Position numbers and translations under genes: made by a program. Positions 37,033-46,458 of a stretch of DNA of 64,000 nucleotides are shown here, piece after piece. The notes under the pieces were generated by a model, which did no database searches, had not been told where the DNA came from, and worked only from the letters and a program-made list of their open reading frames with translations. Numbering within the stretch: position 1 is the stretch's first letter; each line of letters opens with the position of its first letter. The stretch covers positions 5,989 to 69,988 of the forward strand of contig JAHIZT010000037.1 in NCBI GenBank assembly GCA_018814355.1, given 5' to 3'. The stretch comes from Thermoplasmatota archaeon. GTDB lineage: Archaea; Thermoplasmatota; Thermoplasmata; UBA10834.

Positions 37033-37661
37033 TGAAGATATACTCGATATTCAAGTCCCTCCAGGGAGAGGGCCTGACCATAGGAGCTCCGACGGCATTC
37101 GTCAGAATGTCTGGATGTCCGCTAAGATGCACCTACTGCGACACACCCCAGGCTTTCGACAAGGGCGAGCAGATGACCATAGACGAAGTGATGGGCAGGA
37201 TCGCGAAGCTCAAGTGTGCTCATGTGTGCCTCACGGGAGGCGAGCCTCTTGCTCAGAAGGATGCGCCGAAGCTGCTCAAGAGGTTGCTCGACGAAGGATA
37301 CCAGGTCGTACTTGAGACGAATGGGGCAATGCCATTGGACGATATGCCATGCTTCGAGAACCTGACCATAAGCATGGACATCAAGTGCCCGTCCTCGGGT
37401 GAAGCCGACAAGATGCTCTTCGAGAACATCGAACTACTCGGCCCTACGGACCAGCTCAAGTTCATAATCTCCGATGACACGGACTACGAGTATGCAAAAG
37501 AAATGATCGAGAAGCACTCGCCAAAGTGCGAGATCATCCTCACGCCCGTGGGGGGGAAAGATCTGAAGGCGCTTGCGGAGAAGGTCCTGAAGCAGGGCCT
37601 GAACGTCCGTGTCCTGCCACAACTGCACAAGTTCATTTGGGGAGACGAGGACAACCGCTGA
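37029..37661 (+). CDS. queE: 7-carboxy-7-deazaguanine synthase (radical SAM)
   Basis: SLQGEG, GCPLRCTYCDT, LTGGEPL, ETNG and PQLHK. Confidence 0.95.
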   Translation: MMKIYSIFKSLQGEGLTIGAPTAFVRMSGCPLRCTYCDTPQAFDKGEQMTIDEVMGRIAKLKCAHVCLTGGEPLAQKDAPKLLKRLLDEGYQVVLETNGAMPLDDMPCFENLTISMDIKCPSSGEADKMLFENIELLGPTDQLKFIISDDTDYEYAKEMIEKHSPKCEIILTPVGGKDLKALAEKVLKQGLNVRVLPQLHKFIWGDEDNR

Positions 37662-37670
37662 CCGAATTGC

Positions 37671-39509
37671 TCATCCTCTGAACGCCGGCCGCTTGGACAG
37701 AAGTTTGGGCAAGGGCAACCTTGCCTTTGGATATCCCTTCGAGAGCTTCGCAATCTCCTCATTCAGCTGCTCCAAGGTCATGAGAATCTGCTCCCCGCTG
37801 CGCATCCTCACAGGCAACTTGCCTGAGCCCTTCTCTTTCTCGCCGACGACGATGATCATGTTGATCCACTCCATCTCGGCGTTTCGGATCTTCTTGCCCA
37901 CCTTGTCGTCCATGTCGTCGACGTCGACTCTGGCATCCACCCCGTCCGCTATCTTGAGGCAGTCTTCCACGAACTCCTGGCCCACCGGTATCATCCTAAT
38001 CTGAGTCGGAGAGAGCCAGAACGGGAGCGCAGGTTTGTCGTGTTTGAGCGCCTCCTCGAGAAGGACGTAAATCCACCTCTCTATCGATCCTATGGATGAG
38101 TGGCAGATGATGCATCCTTTCTTCTTGCCGTCGGTGTAGGTGTAGACTATCCCATATCTCTCTGCATCATCGACGTCAAGCTGTACAGTACTGAGCTGCA
38201 CAGCACCTCCAACCGAGTCGATCCCCTGGAACTCGTGCTTCACCGCCCAGTAATGCTTCATCTCGGACAGGACCTCAATGAGCGCGGGTCTCTTCGAGTA
38301 TCTTAGAAGCTCAATGAGGTTGCTCTTGTACTTGTTGTAGAACTCCTTCACAATCCTGAATGCGACTGCATACTCGACGCCTGTGGCGTCCGCAAGATCG
38401 GAGTAGTTCCTGTAGAGCATCATGTACTCCTTCCAGCCGTCCTCGATGTCCTTTGTGAAGCAGTGGACGTCGGGCATGTGGAAAGCTCTCAGTCTCTTCA
38501 GTCCAGTCAGCTCACCGCGCTGTTCTAGCCTGAAGCTCTTAGAGAACTCGTAAACCCTGAGGGGCAGATTCCTGTAGCTGAGCGTCGCCCCCTTCATCAT
38601 CCTGAACAGTCCGAAATCCCCAGCGAAGCGCAAGACAAATTCGCGGTTCTCTTCAGTCTTGAGTGTGTAGTGTCTCTCGTGGAAGGACATTCCCTGGCTC
38701 CTGATGTCCGGGAATGACCAGTCGTACAAGATCGGCGTGTCTATCTGGATGGCGCCAATCCGGTCCACCGCTATTGCCTGCGCCCAAGCCTCAAGAAGGC
38801 TGAAGACCAGATGTCCCTTCGGGAACATCCTGAAATGCCCTCTGTCGCTGGCCTCCTCGTAATCCACCAGCTCCAGTTTCTGCATGGCCTTGATCGATGG
38901 TGGCTCTTTGCCTTTGCCACGTCCAATCTCCTCTGAGAATATGAAAGTCTTTAGCGACGGATACTTCTCCAGGACCGCAAGGGAGTCGATGTCCCCCATG
39001 TCAATGGGGTATTCCTCACCCTCGGGAGTCAGTATGTAGAAATCGTGGGAGATCTTCTCCACGACTTCCTCCCTGGTCATCTTCTTTTCCGCTGTGAACT
39101 CCCTGGATAGCTCGGAGAGTGGGTGCCCCTTGCACTTGATTTCGAAACCCTTGTACCATCCGAAGGGCGACCTGTGGACCTCGATTCCCTTTGCCTTGAT
39201 CGCCTCCTCTGTCGCCTTCAGCACGTCAACTGCCAATTTGGGGGATGCAAGGCTCCGACTCAAGTGGGCATACGGATAGAGAACCATCCTCTCTGCTCTG
39301 ACCTTTGTGAACACGTCCTGGAAATCCGCGGCCGCAGCCTCCGCTATTGCGACCATGTCATTGTCTGAAGACTCGATTGTGGAGAACGCCACCAGTACTT
39401 CCTTGAACGAATGCACTTTCGGGTGATTCTCAGGCAGCGGCTCAGCCATTTTGGTGGGTTCTTTGATCTCGTATTCGAACTTGTCAGCATGTATGAGGAG
39501 TACCCTCAT
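37671..39509 (-). CDS. thrS: Threonyl-tRNA synthetase (archaeal type, N-terminal editing domain)
   Basis: MRVLLIHAD, YPYAHLS, PFGWYK...CKGHPLSELSR, FRLEQRGE and HSSIGSIER. Confidence 0.96.
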   Translation of the reverse strand: MRVLLIHADKFEYEIKEPTKMAEPLPENHPKVHSFKEVLVAFSTIESSDNDMVAIAEAAAADFQDVFTKVRAERMVLYPYAHLSRSLASPKLAVDVLKATEEAIKAKGIEVHRSPFGWYKGFEIKCKGHPLSELSREFTAEKKMTREEVVEKISHDFYILTPEGEEYPIDMGDIDSLAVLEKYPSLKTFIFSEEIGRGKGKEPPSIKAMQKLELVDYEEASDRGHFRMFPKGHLVFSLLEAWAQAIAVDRIGAIQIDTPILYDWSFPDIRSQGMSFHERHYTLKTEENREFVLRFAGDFGLFRMMKGATLSYRNLPLRVYEFSKSFRLEQRGELTGLKRLRAFHMPDVHCFTKDIEDGWKEYMMLYRNYSDLADATGVEYAVAFRIVKEFYNKYKSNLIELLRYSKRPALIEVLSEMKHYWAVKHEFQGIDSVGGAVQLSTVQLDVDDAERYGIVYTYTDGKKKGCIICHSSIGSIERWIYVLLEEALKHDKPALPFWLSPTQIRMIPVGQEFVEDCLKIADGVDARVDVDDMDDKVGKKIRNAEMEWINMIIVVGEKEKGSGKLPVRMRSGEQILMTLEQLNEEIAKLSKGYPKARLPLPKLLSKRPAFRG

Positions 39510-39660
39510 GGGACATCGCCGTCGAAATGGATGGAAGAGTATTAAAAGGGTGCACAGAATGGCCAATGGCTTGTCATCCTAGGCCCACCGCGAAATAATA
39601 AGGTCGACTGGTTCATACGGGTCAGGATAGAACAGAGATGTAGGAATAGGAGGGACCCCA

Positions 39661-40800
39661 ATGGAGCAGAGGGAGAGGAAGCTGGCTGTGAAGGACCAGC
39701 CGCCGATTCAAGAGTCAGCGGCAAGATCAGTGCCCAACAAGACCGCAGAGAGCTGTGATCTCAAATCTCCGCGAGCCGTGTGCGTTGCCCTTCCACATTC
39801 CGGAAAACCGGTCAGGGTCCTCGGGGACTCCCCGACCGAGTTCATTTCCACGCTCCAGAAGTCGACCCTCGCCTGGATTAACTTCACTGTCACGGACCTC
39901 GGCAAGGATGGCTCTGAGATAGCGACCATGCTGGGGTTCAGTGCATCTTTGGTGCCCGAGGTGCTCAAGGGTTACCACGCGGACTACGTTGACAGAGAGA
40001 CTGAGATCGGCATAATGGTCCCAGTTGTGAAGATTCAGAAACTCGATCTCAAATCGTACCCCCTCCTGATATTGGTCAGGAAAGATCTCATAGTGACGAT
40101 ACACAGCCAGGAGGTCATAAGACTCGTCCAGTTCTCCAGGTATGCCGACGTCTACATGAGGAAGCTGCCAGAGAGCATGCCCCTCGAGGACAAGCTCACA
40201 AGGATGCTCGTCCGGATACTGGACGAAAACAATTCGAGGAACTTCGAGTACCTTAGGGAGATTGAGGAGCAAGGGGACGGCATGAGCCAGCTTCTCCTTG
40301 ATCCTGCCACCCCAAGGTTGGAGATCGGGAAGAAGATCTACGAACTCAAGCACACTCTGATCACGTACCTGAACACTCTCTGGCGGACCTTGGATGTCCT
40401 TCACTCATTGAGATACGGTGATGCCGCCCTGGTCTCAGACAATCCCAAGACCCTGGCTCAGATCACGCTATTGGTCGAAGATCTCAACAGACAGATATCC
40501 TTGAGCGAGCACATGTCTGAGGTGCTCGCTTCTGGGCTGGAAGTGCTTCAGGCCTTGTACAACAATCAGCTCCAGATCCTGAACAACAGGATGGCGCTGA
40601 CAATAACCTGGCTGACGGTTCTGGGCACCGCTGTGCTCGTTCCCAACACGCTAGCAACAATATTCGGTTACGTGTTCAACCTAGAAGGGAGGTGGCAGAT
40701 ATGGACGCTCTCCGTGTTGGCGTTCGCCACGGTCGGCTCCACATTCCTTGCGTACTGGTGGGTCAAGCGCTGGGTACAGCTGCCCAGAAGCCAGGAGTAG
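39661..40800 (+). CDS. CorA/ZntB-family divalent cation transporter-like protein
   Basis: Soluble alpha/beta domain, long stalk helix ending LNNRMALTITWLT and two C-terminal TMs; the GMN motif is absent. Confidence 0.75.
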   Translation: MEQRERKLAVKDQPPIQESAARSVPNKTAESCDLKSPRAVCVALPHSGKPVRVLGDSPTEFISTLQKSTLAWINFTVTDLGKDGSEIATMLGFSASLVPEVLKGYHADYVDRETEIGIMVPVVKIQKLDLKSYPLLILVRKDLIVTIHSQEVIRLVQFSRYADVYMRKLPESMPLEDKLTRMLVRILDENNSRNFEYLREIEEQGDGMSQLLLDPATPRLEIGKKIYELKHTLITYLNTLWRTLDVLHSLRYGDAALVSDNPKTLAQITLLVEDLNRQISLSEHMSEVLASGLEVLQALYNNQLQILNNRMALTITWLTVLGTAVLVPNTLATIFGYVFNLEGRWQIWTLSVLAFATVGSTFLAYWWVKRWVQLPRSQE

Positions 40801-40874
40801 TCTTGCAGGTAGCTGGCCCGAACCACACATCGAAACTCTTTTTATTCTAGTCCCTTCATAGGGGAGTAGAGTGT

Positions 40875-41258
40875 GTGACTTTGAAGGAATTCGATGTCTA
40901 CGTCCAGAACAAGCCAGGAGAGCTGGCAAAGGTCTGTGAAATGCTCGGCAACCACGGAGTGAACATCAAGGCAATCGCGAGTGAGCGTGGCAACGCCCGG
41001 CCTATGATACGCATCGTCACAGACGATGAGACGACTGCAAAGTCGACGCTGGTGCGCTCAGGGCTCTCCTACGACCTGAGGGACGTCATAGCCGTCAAGA
41101 TGACCGACAGGCCGGGGGAACTGGGGAAGATTGCCAGGAAGCTCGCCAAGGCGATGGTCAATGTTGACTCGATCTACATCATTGGAAAGGATGGTGGCAC
41201 GACCGACATCGCTTTCACAGTCGACAACATCCAGAAGGCTGAGAATGCCCTGAAATGA
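40875..41258 (+). CDS. Tandem ACT-domain protein
   Basis: NKPGELAKV...GVNI and DRPGELGKI...VNV repeats. Confidence 0.9.
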   Translation: MTLKEFDVYVQNKPGELAKVCEMLGNHGVNIKAIASERGNARPMIRIVTDDETTAKSTLVRSGLSYDLRDVIAVKMTDRPGELGKIARKLAKAMVNVDSIYIIGKDGGTTDIAFTVDNIQKAENALK

Positions 41259-41285
41259 GGTTTCTGTTCCTGGGGAACTGCCTCG

Positions 41286-41663
41286 TCAATCCAAGCTCTT
41301 TACTCGTCTGACCAGGATCTCCTCTAGGATGTTCCGGGCATCTCTCACTTTTGCCAGTTCCTCGTGAGTAAGGTCTAGCCTAAGGAGATGTGACCAGATC
41401 TTTGAGAGCGCGTGGTATGACTCCATTATCAATTCGATGTCCTCATCGGACTCCTTTGGAGTTTCCGGTTTCTCATCCTCGATTGGACGGTAGAAGACGT
41501 TCCTCCCGATCTTCGTTCTGGTCACTGCGGCTTTCTTCTCAAGCTTCTGCAATGCCTGGGTGGCGCCCGATTGGGTGATTCCAAGCTCAGCGGCCAGCAA
41601 CGTTGGCGAATGGATGCCCTTGCGGAGGACATCTAGTATCTCCATCTCTCTCGGAGTGAGCAT
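41286..41663 (-). CDS. Winged-helix transcriptional regulator
   Basis: LTPREMEIL...LAAELGITQSGATQALQKLE...GRNVFY. Confidence 0.8.
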   Translation of the reverse strand: MLTPREMEILDVLRKGIHSPTLLAAELGITQSGATQALQKLEKKAAVTRTKIGRNVFYRPIEDEKPETPKESDEDIELIMESYHALSKIWSHLLRLDLTHEELAKVRDARNILEEILVRRVKSLD

Positions 41664-41930
41664 GCTCTACATCCATAAGTCATGTATTAGTATGTGCTAA
41701 TGTACGCTTATGTTTCCTTATTGGTCAACTTAGAGGTTGTTAAAGTCTTCAATCATAATATACCTTCGCACATCTCACTGGCCTTGTGAATCCATACACC
41801 TGAACCTTTATGTCAGCGATACTAATGTGTCCCATGCAAAGGATAGCTGCCAAGATGCGGCCTATTGTCGACCTCCCTTGTCCCGGAAAAACCAAGTCTA
41901 TTCGTTCACCATACGTTTGTCTATCCCTAT

Positions 41931-42419
41931 GTGGAACGCATCCTTCGGAAATCCGTTGTTGTCAATGCAAGCCTGAGCGATGTCTGGAGGTCTTGGACTA
42001 CGTCCAAGGGCGCGGAGACGTTTCTTGCACCCAAGGCCAGGATATTGCTGAACATGGGCGGAGAATACGAGATACTCTTCGATCCAGACGCCCAACCTGG
42101 GTCCCGAGGAGCTGAGGACCTTAAGATCCTCAGCTATGTCCCGGAAGAGATGCTTTCCTTCGAATGGAGGGCCCCTCCGGAGTTCTCGGAGATCCGAAAG
42201 GAGAAGAGCTGGGTTGTGGTGCAGCTGGATGAGGTTGGCAGGAAGAAGGTACGAGTCACGCTCTCGCATCTCGGTTGGAAAGAAGGCGGCGATTGGAATG
42301 CGGCTTACAAGTACTTCGATCGTGCGTGGGACTTGGTCCTTGCTCGTCTGAAGTACTCGTTCCCGCACGGCCCGTTGGATTGGAGAGATCCCTACAGGCC
42401 TCGCAAACAAAGAAAGTAA
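41931..42419 (+). CDS. SRPBCC/AHSA1-like ligand-binding protein
   Basis: VVVNASLSDVWRSWTT, GGEY, MLSFEW, VTLSHLGW and WDLVLARL. Confidence 0.85.
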   Translation: MERILRKSVVVNASLSDVWRSWTTSKGAETFLAPKARILLNMGGEYEILFDPDAQPGSRGAEDLKILSYVPEEMLSFEWRAPPEFSEIRKEKSWVVVQLDEVGRKKVRVTLSHLGWKEGGDWNAAYKYFDRAWDLVLARLKYSFPHGPLDWRDPYRPRKQRK

Positions 42420-42422
42420 TCG

Positions 42423-43031
42423 CTAGTCGAGGAGGACTAGTCCGGTCCACCTGACCTTCGCTTTCGATGACAACTTGACCGGTATTCCCGCCTTCTCGCA
42501 GGTCTTGATCACGTCTATCCCCATTGCTTGCATCGATGGTCTGGCTTCAAACGGGTGCCTACACGGTCGGGTTCCTTTCTGTGATACGCACTCCTGGCAG
42601 AGCAGGCATTCACTTCCAATGAAGCCAGCTGCCAGGTAGCAACCCTCTTTGAACGCCGCAGCCTCAGCTCGATTGACAATTTCATGAAGGCGAAGCTCAC
42701 ATCTGTCGGTGCTAGTCCCGCTCTTCAACTCCTTGATAAGGTCCTTTCCAAGGGGCTTCTTGGATTTGTCAGTTGAATCAATCTCAGATTCCAGCTGGAT
42801 CAAGAGCGCGCGCTTGTACCGACTCAAGGCATCCTGGAATTCCTCGACTGACATGAGGTTTGGGGGACAGAGCAAGTGTTTGCCGAAGTTCTCGCAGATT
42901 GGGACCATGCACTTCAATCTCACTCTCCTGTCCACCACTATGTCCTTCGATGGAATGATCTTGGCATTCGTGGCTCCGCGGTCCCTCACGATTCTGACAA
43001 GACGGTCCAATTCTCGGTCTGCCTTCCTCAA
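42423..43031 (-). CDS. DUF2284 family Cys-rich metal-binding protein
   Basis: RVRLKC..C..FG...CPP, CLLCQEC and CRHPFEARPSMQAMGIDV. Confidence 0.88.
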   Translation of the reverse strand: MRKADRELDRLVRIVRDRGATNAKIIPSKDIVVDRRVRLKCMVPICENFGKHLLCPPNLMSVEEFQDALSRYKRALLIQLESEIDSTDKSKKPLGKDLIKELKSGTSTDRCELRLHEIVNRAEAAAFKEGCYLAAGFIGSECLLCQECVSQKGTRPCRHPFEARPSMQAMGIDVIKTCEKAGIPVKLSSKAKVRWTGLVLLD

Positions 43032-43078
43032 CAGCCATCACCATCCATCAGGTCAGAGTGGTCGCTCTGGACTACAAC

Positions 43079-44572
43079 TCATTCAGTTTCCTTGGGCTTG
43101 TCCTCGGATGCCTCTTCTTTTGCTGGTTGCTCTGCTGGCCCGCTGATAGCTGCAAGAAGCTCCTCGGTCTCCATCCTCTTCTTCTTCGGGATCGAGCCTG
43201 GTACGAGGATGTCCATGAACTTCTCGAAGTAATTCTTCTCTGTGAGTATCTCTTCTCTAGTGAGCTCCAGGCCGGCCACTGCTGCTATCGATTCAGTGCC
43301 GAGCCCGAATGACTGCGCTCTTAGGTTGACCAGATCCTTGCCGAGGCGCTTCTCGTGCTCATCGAGGATGTTCCCTATCCTCTCGAATGCGAGGTCCTTC
43401 AGCATCTTCTCTAGGAACACTATCTGCTCTTCCTTGCTCTTCTTCGAGAGAAGCATCAAGGCCGCTTCGTGTTTGAAATCCAGCCTCGCACCAGCGTGGT
43501 CTTCATCCGTCCTTGATATCCAGAGGAGCGGGTGCTCAGGCGCGTTGAATATCACCTTCTCGGGAACCAGTGAGTCGGCTGATATCTTGACTGCTGGATC
43601 GCCCGAGGAGTGGTAGACCGCATAGAAGCTCATCCTCTCCAGGAAGTTGATCTCCAGGAAGTCCTTCCTGTTCTTCTCCACGATCGTCGGGTTCTCCTTT
43701 GCGACCTGCTCCAGGATGGAGGCCGGAGATGCGTCAGGTTTCTTGTCGCCCAGGTAGCGCGAGATTCCCATGACGCATCTTAGCGGTTCGTATGTGCGCG
43801 TCATCCAGAAAGAGGGCGGAAAGCTCATCCAAGACTTCTTCTTGCCTGGTTCCTCTTTCGTCAACTTAAGTTTCGAGAACGAGAAAGTGGAGAACTGATA
43901 CCTGATCAGCTCCTTGTCCTTCTCGAGCACCCCGGCAGGAATGCCCTCCTTAGCTACGATCCTGTCGGCCCAGAAGCCGAGTTCAGACCTCAGCTTGGGC
44001 CTGCTCGTGGAGCCCTCCACGCCGATGTGACTCAGGATCTCCCTCCTTGTAGGAGTGATTAGCCAGCTGAGCCACAAAACAAGCGATTTCGGGGTGTCGA
44101 TGTAAGGCACCGGCAAGATGGTGTGGTCCGCCGCCGTCCCCCAGCCAGGCAGGACTGCCTGCCCGGGGGTGTGAGAGTATGATCTGTCCAGATAGGCGAT
44201 CAGGGCGACATCTTCCGTCTTCTCGAATGGTTCCCTAATTGGCGCCGGTTCGATCCTGAGATCCGAGTTGAGGAAGTAGTAGTTCTGTCTCTTTGAGTTA
44301 ATTGGGATGAGGACTCCGCAATCAACTCCCTTACCGAGGAGGGTCCGCATCTGGACGCTGCTCTTGTCTTTCAACTGTCTTGTCTGAGCGCTCAGAGACA
44401 ATCTCCTCATGGAATCTGTCAGCGGGCTCTTCTCAATCTCCCGTCTTGTGAGCGGCTGCTTGTGCAGCAGAGCGTATACGACCGCTCTCGAGACGTTGTT
44501 CGTCAAGAACTCACCGATCTCTATTGTCTTCTCTTTCTGAAGAGGTGTAATTTGCTGAGTCATCCCATCCAC
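43079..44572 (-). CDS. Hypothetical protein with two putative winged-helix segments
   Basis: 497-aa ORF with normal codon style; LTNNVSRAVVYALLHKQPLTRREIE and LITPTRREILSHIGVEGSTSRPKL resemble ArsR-like helix starts. Confidence 0.7.
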   Translation of the reverse strand: MDGMTQQITPLQKEKTIEIGEFLTNNVSRAVVYALLHKQPLTRREIEKSPLTDSMRRLSLSAQTRQLKDKSSVQMRTLLGKGVDCGVLIPINSKRQNYYFLNSDLRIEPAPIREPFEKTEDVALIAYLDRSYSHTPGQAVLPGWGTAADHTILPVPYIDTPKSLVLWLSWLITPTRREILSHIGVEGSTSRPKLRSELGFWADRIVAKEGIPAGVLEKDKELIRYQFSTFSFSKLKLTKEEPGKKKSWMSFPPSFWMTRTYEPLRCVMGISRYLGDKKPDASPASILEQVAKENPTIVEKNRKDFLEINFLERMSFYAVYHSSGDPAVKISADSLVPEKVIFNAPEHPLLWISRTDEDHAGARLDFKHEAALMLLSKKSKEEQIVFLEKMLKDLAFERIGNILDEHEKRLGKDLVNLRAQSFGLGTESIAAVAGLELTREEILTEKNYFEKFMDILVPGSIPKKKRMETEELLAAISGPAEQPAKEEASEDKPKETE

Positions 44573-44851
44573 CCGGCTGTCCCTATTTGGTTCAAATCAC
44601 TTTATGTCTACTTATAACTATGCTCAAAAAGCGACTTGGATGTCTGCATGTGCTTTCTTTGCTCCGTCCCTCATCCCAGCATTGATCGAATCAGATCCAA
44701 GAGCAACGGCCAACCCAGTCCGTGTGACCTTGGTACTCATCATAGCATGTGCGGCCTGTAGCTCAGCCGTTGGGTTGATTGGAGCCTGCCAGATCGACGC
44801 GAAGCTACCGGGTTGATGCTGGTCGCCAATGAACTGAACGACGAGCCGAGA

Positions 44852-45973
44852 TCAACCTGAGGCGACAACGTCCGCGACTGCATTCCCGACCTTGGACGTA
44901 GGTGTCTTCCCACCGATGTCCGGGGTCTTGAACTTCCCGGTCTTGAGCACGGTCTGAACGGCCGTCTCGACATCCTTCGCGGCCTCCTTATGGCCGAGCG
45001 TCTCAAGCATCAGACCAGATGCCAGTATGGCGCCGACCGGGTTGGCCATTTGTTTTCCCGCTATGTCAGGGGCTGAACCATGCACGGGCTCGAACATGCT
45101 CACACCCGAGGGGTTTATGTTCCCCGAGGGCGCAAACCCGAGCCCTCCCTGGAGTGCGGCACCGAGGTCCGTCAATATGTCGCCGAACAGATTGGGCGCG
45201 ACTATGAGCTTGAACCTTTCTGGGTTCCTCACCATGTGGAGAGCAACGGCATCGACGTACTGGAACTCCTTGTCGATGCCATGTTTCTTCGATGCCTCAT
45301 CTGCGGCCTCTCGCCACAGGCCATAGATCTCTGTCAGGACATTCGCCTTGTCGACGGAGGTCACGAGGTTGAATCCCTTGCTCTTCGCCAGCTGGAATGC
45401 GTACTCCATGATCCTCCTGGCGCCCTGCCCAGTGATTACACCTATCTGGAACGCGAGCTCTTCCTCGTCCTTCAGGTCGATGCCAACATCGAACCTGGCC
45501 TCGTACGCCCGCCTGATCATTGACAGCGAGGTCTTGGACAATCCCTTCTGGACTCTTCCTCCTATGCCGACGTAGAAATCCTCGGTGTTCTCGCGGACGA
45601 ATTGGATGTCGATTCTCTGCTTCTGATTTGCGAGAGGTGATGGTACCCCCTCGAGCAGTTTGATTGGTCTTAGGTTGACATACTGGTCGAAGTGGAACCT
45701 GAGCCGGAGAAGGATCCCTTTCTCCAGGATACCTGGTCTGACCCTCGGGTCGCCCATGGCGCCGAGAAGGATCGCGTCCTTCCTCGAGAGCCTCTGGATG
45801 GTTTCATCCGAAAGGATCTCCCCGGTCTTGAGATAGTGGCCTGCGCCCAGCGGGAACTCCTCGAACTCGAGATCGAGGCGCCTCTTCTCAGACACAGCGT
45901 CCAGGACTTTCCTCGCCTCCCCGATCACTTCCGGGCCGACGCCGTCGCCCGGGATGACCCCTATTCTCTGCAA
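44852..45973 (-). CDS. leuB: 3-isopropylmalate dehydrogenase family
   Basis: [32 protein letters not shown] and [14 protein letters not shown]. Confidence 0.9.
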   Translation of the reverse strand: MQRIGVIPGDGVGPEVIGEARKVLDAVSEKRRLDLEFEEFPLGAGHYLKTGEILSDETIQRLSRKDAILLGAMGDPRVRPGILEKGILLRLRFHFDQYVNLRPIKLLEGVPSPLANQKQRIDIQFVRENTEDFYVGIGGRVQKGLSKTSLSMIRRAYEARFDVGIDLKDEEELAFQIGVITGQGARRIMEYAFQLAKSKGFNLVTSVDKANVLTEIYGLWREAADEASKKHGIDKEFQYVDAVALHMVRNPERFKLIVAPNLFGDILTDLGAALQGGLGFAPSGNINPSGVSMFEPVHGSAPDIAGKQMANPVGAILASGLMLETLGHKEAAKDVETAVQTVLKTGKFKTPDIGGKTPTSKVGNAVADVVASG

Positions 45974-46458
45974 CCCAACATCTCCTTCGTGTACGGGACC
46001 AGGCCACCCTTCTCTATTAGCATCATGACGAAGGGTGGGTACTTCGCGAACACAGCACTGTTTCCAGTGGTGAGGTTGTCCACGGACCCGTTCTTCAGGT
46101 CCACAGCGATGATGTCTCCATCCGAGGCATGGATTGATGCCTCTATGACTGGCAAGCCTATGTTGATAGCGTTCCTGAAGAAGATTCTGGCGAACGATTC
46201 GGCGACGACGCAGGATATCCCGACACCGATGAGCGCCCTCGGGGCATGCTCCCTGCTGGATCCACAGCCGAAGTTCCTTCCCGCGACCAGGACGTCTCCT
46301 CGATTGACTCTTTTCACGAACTGAGGCCGCGCATCCTCGAACGCATGCTTCGCGAGCTCAGCATTGTTCATTGTGACCAGGTACTTGGCAGGGATTATCT
46401 GATCCGTGTCCACATTGTGGTCGAAGACCCAAGCCTTCCCCTTGAAGGAATCGTTCAT
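45961..46458 (-). CDS. leuD: 3-isopropylmalate dehydratase small subunit
   Basis: NVDTDQIIPA, NFGCGSSREHA and SFARIFFRN. Confidence 0.93.
   Translation of the reverse strand: MNDSFKGKAWVFDHNVDTDQIIPAKYLVTMNNAELAKHAFEDARPQFVKRVNRGDVLVAGRNFGCGSSREHAPRALIGVGISCVVAESFARIFFRNAINIGLPVIEASIHASDGDIIAVDLKNGSVDNLTTGNSAVFAKYPPFVMMLIEKGGLVPYTKEMLGCRE

Noticed and set aside
44751-44829. tRNA-like start GCGGCCTGTAGCTCAGCC and an end in GGTCGCCA downstream of leuB
   Set aside because: The D-loop would be about 17 nt, there is no anticodon arm and no TTCGA T-loop, and the T-arm and acceptor pairings overlap. Not a tRNA; at most a degenerate structure.
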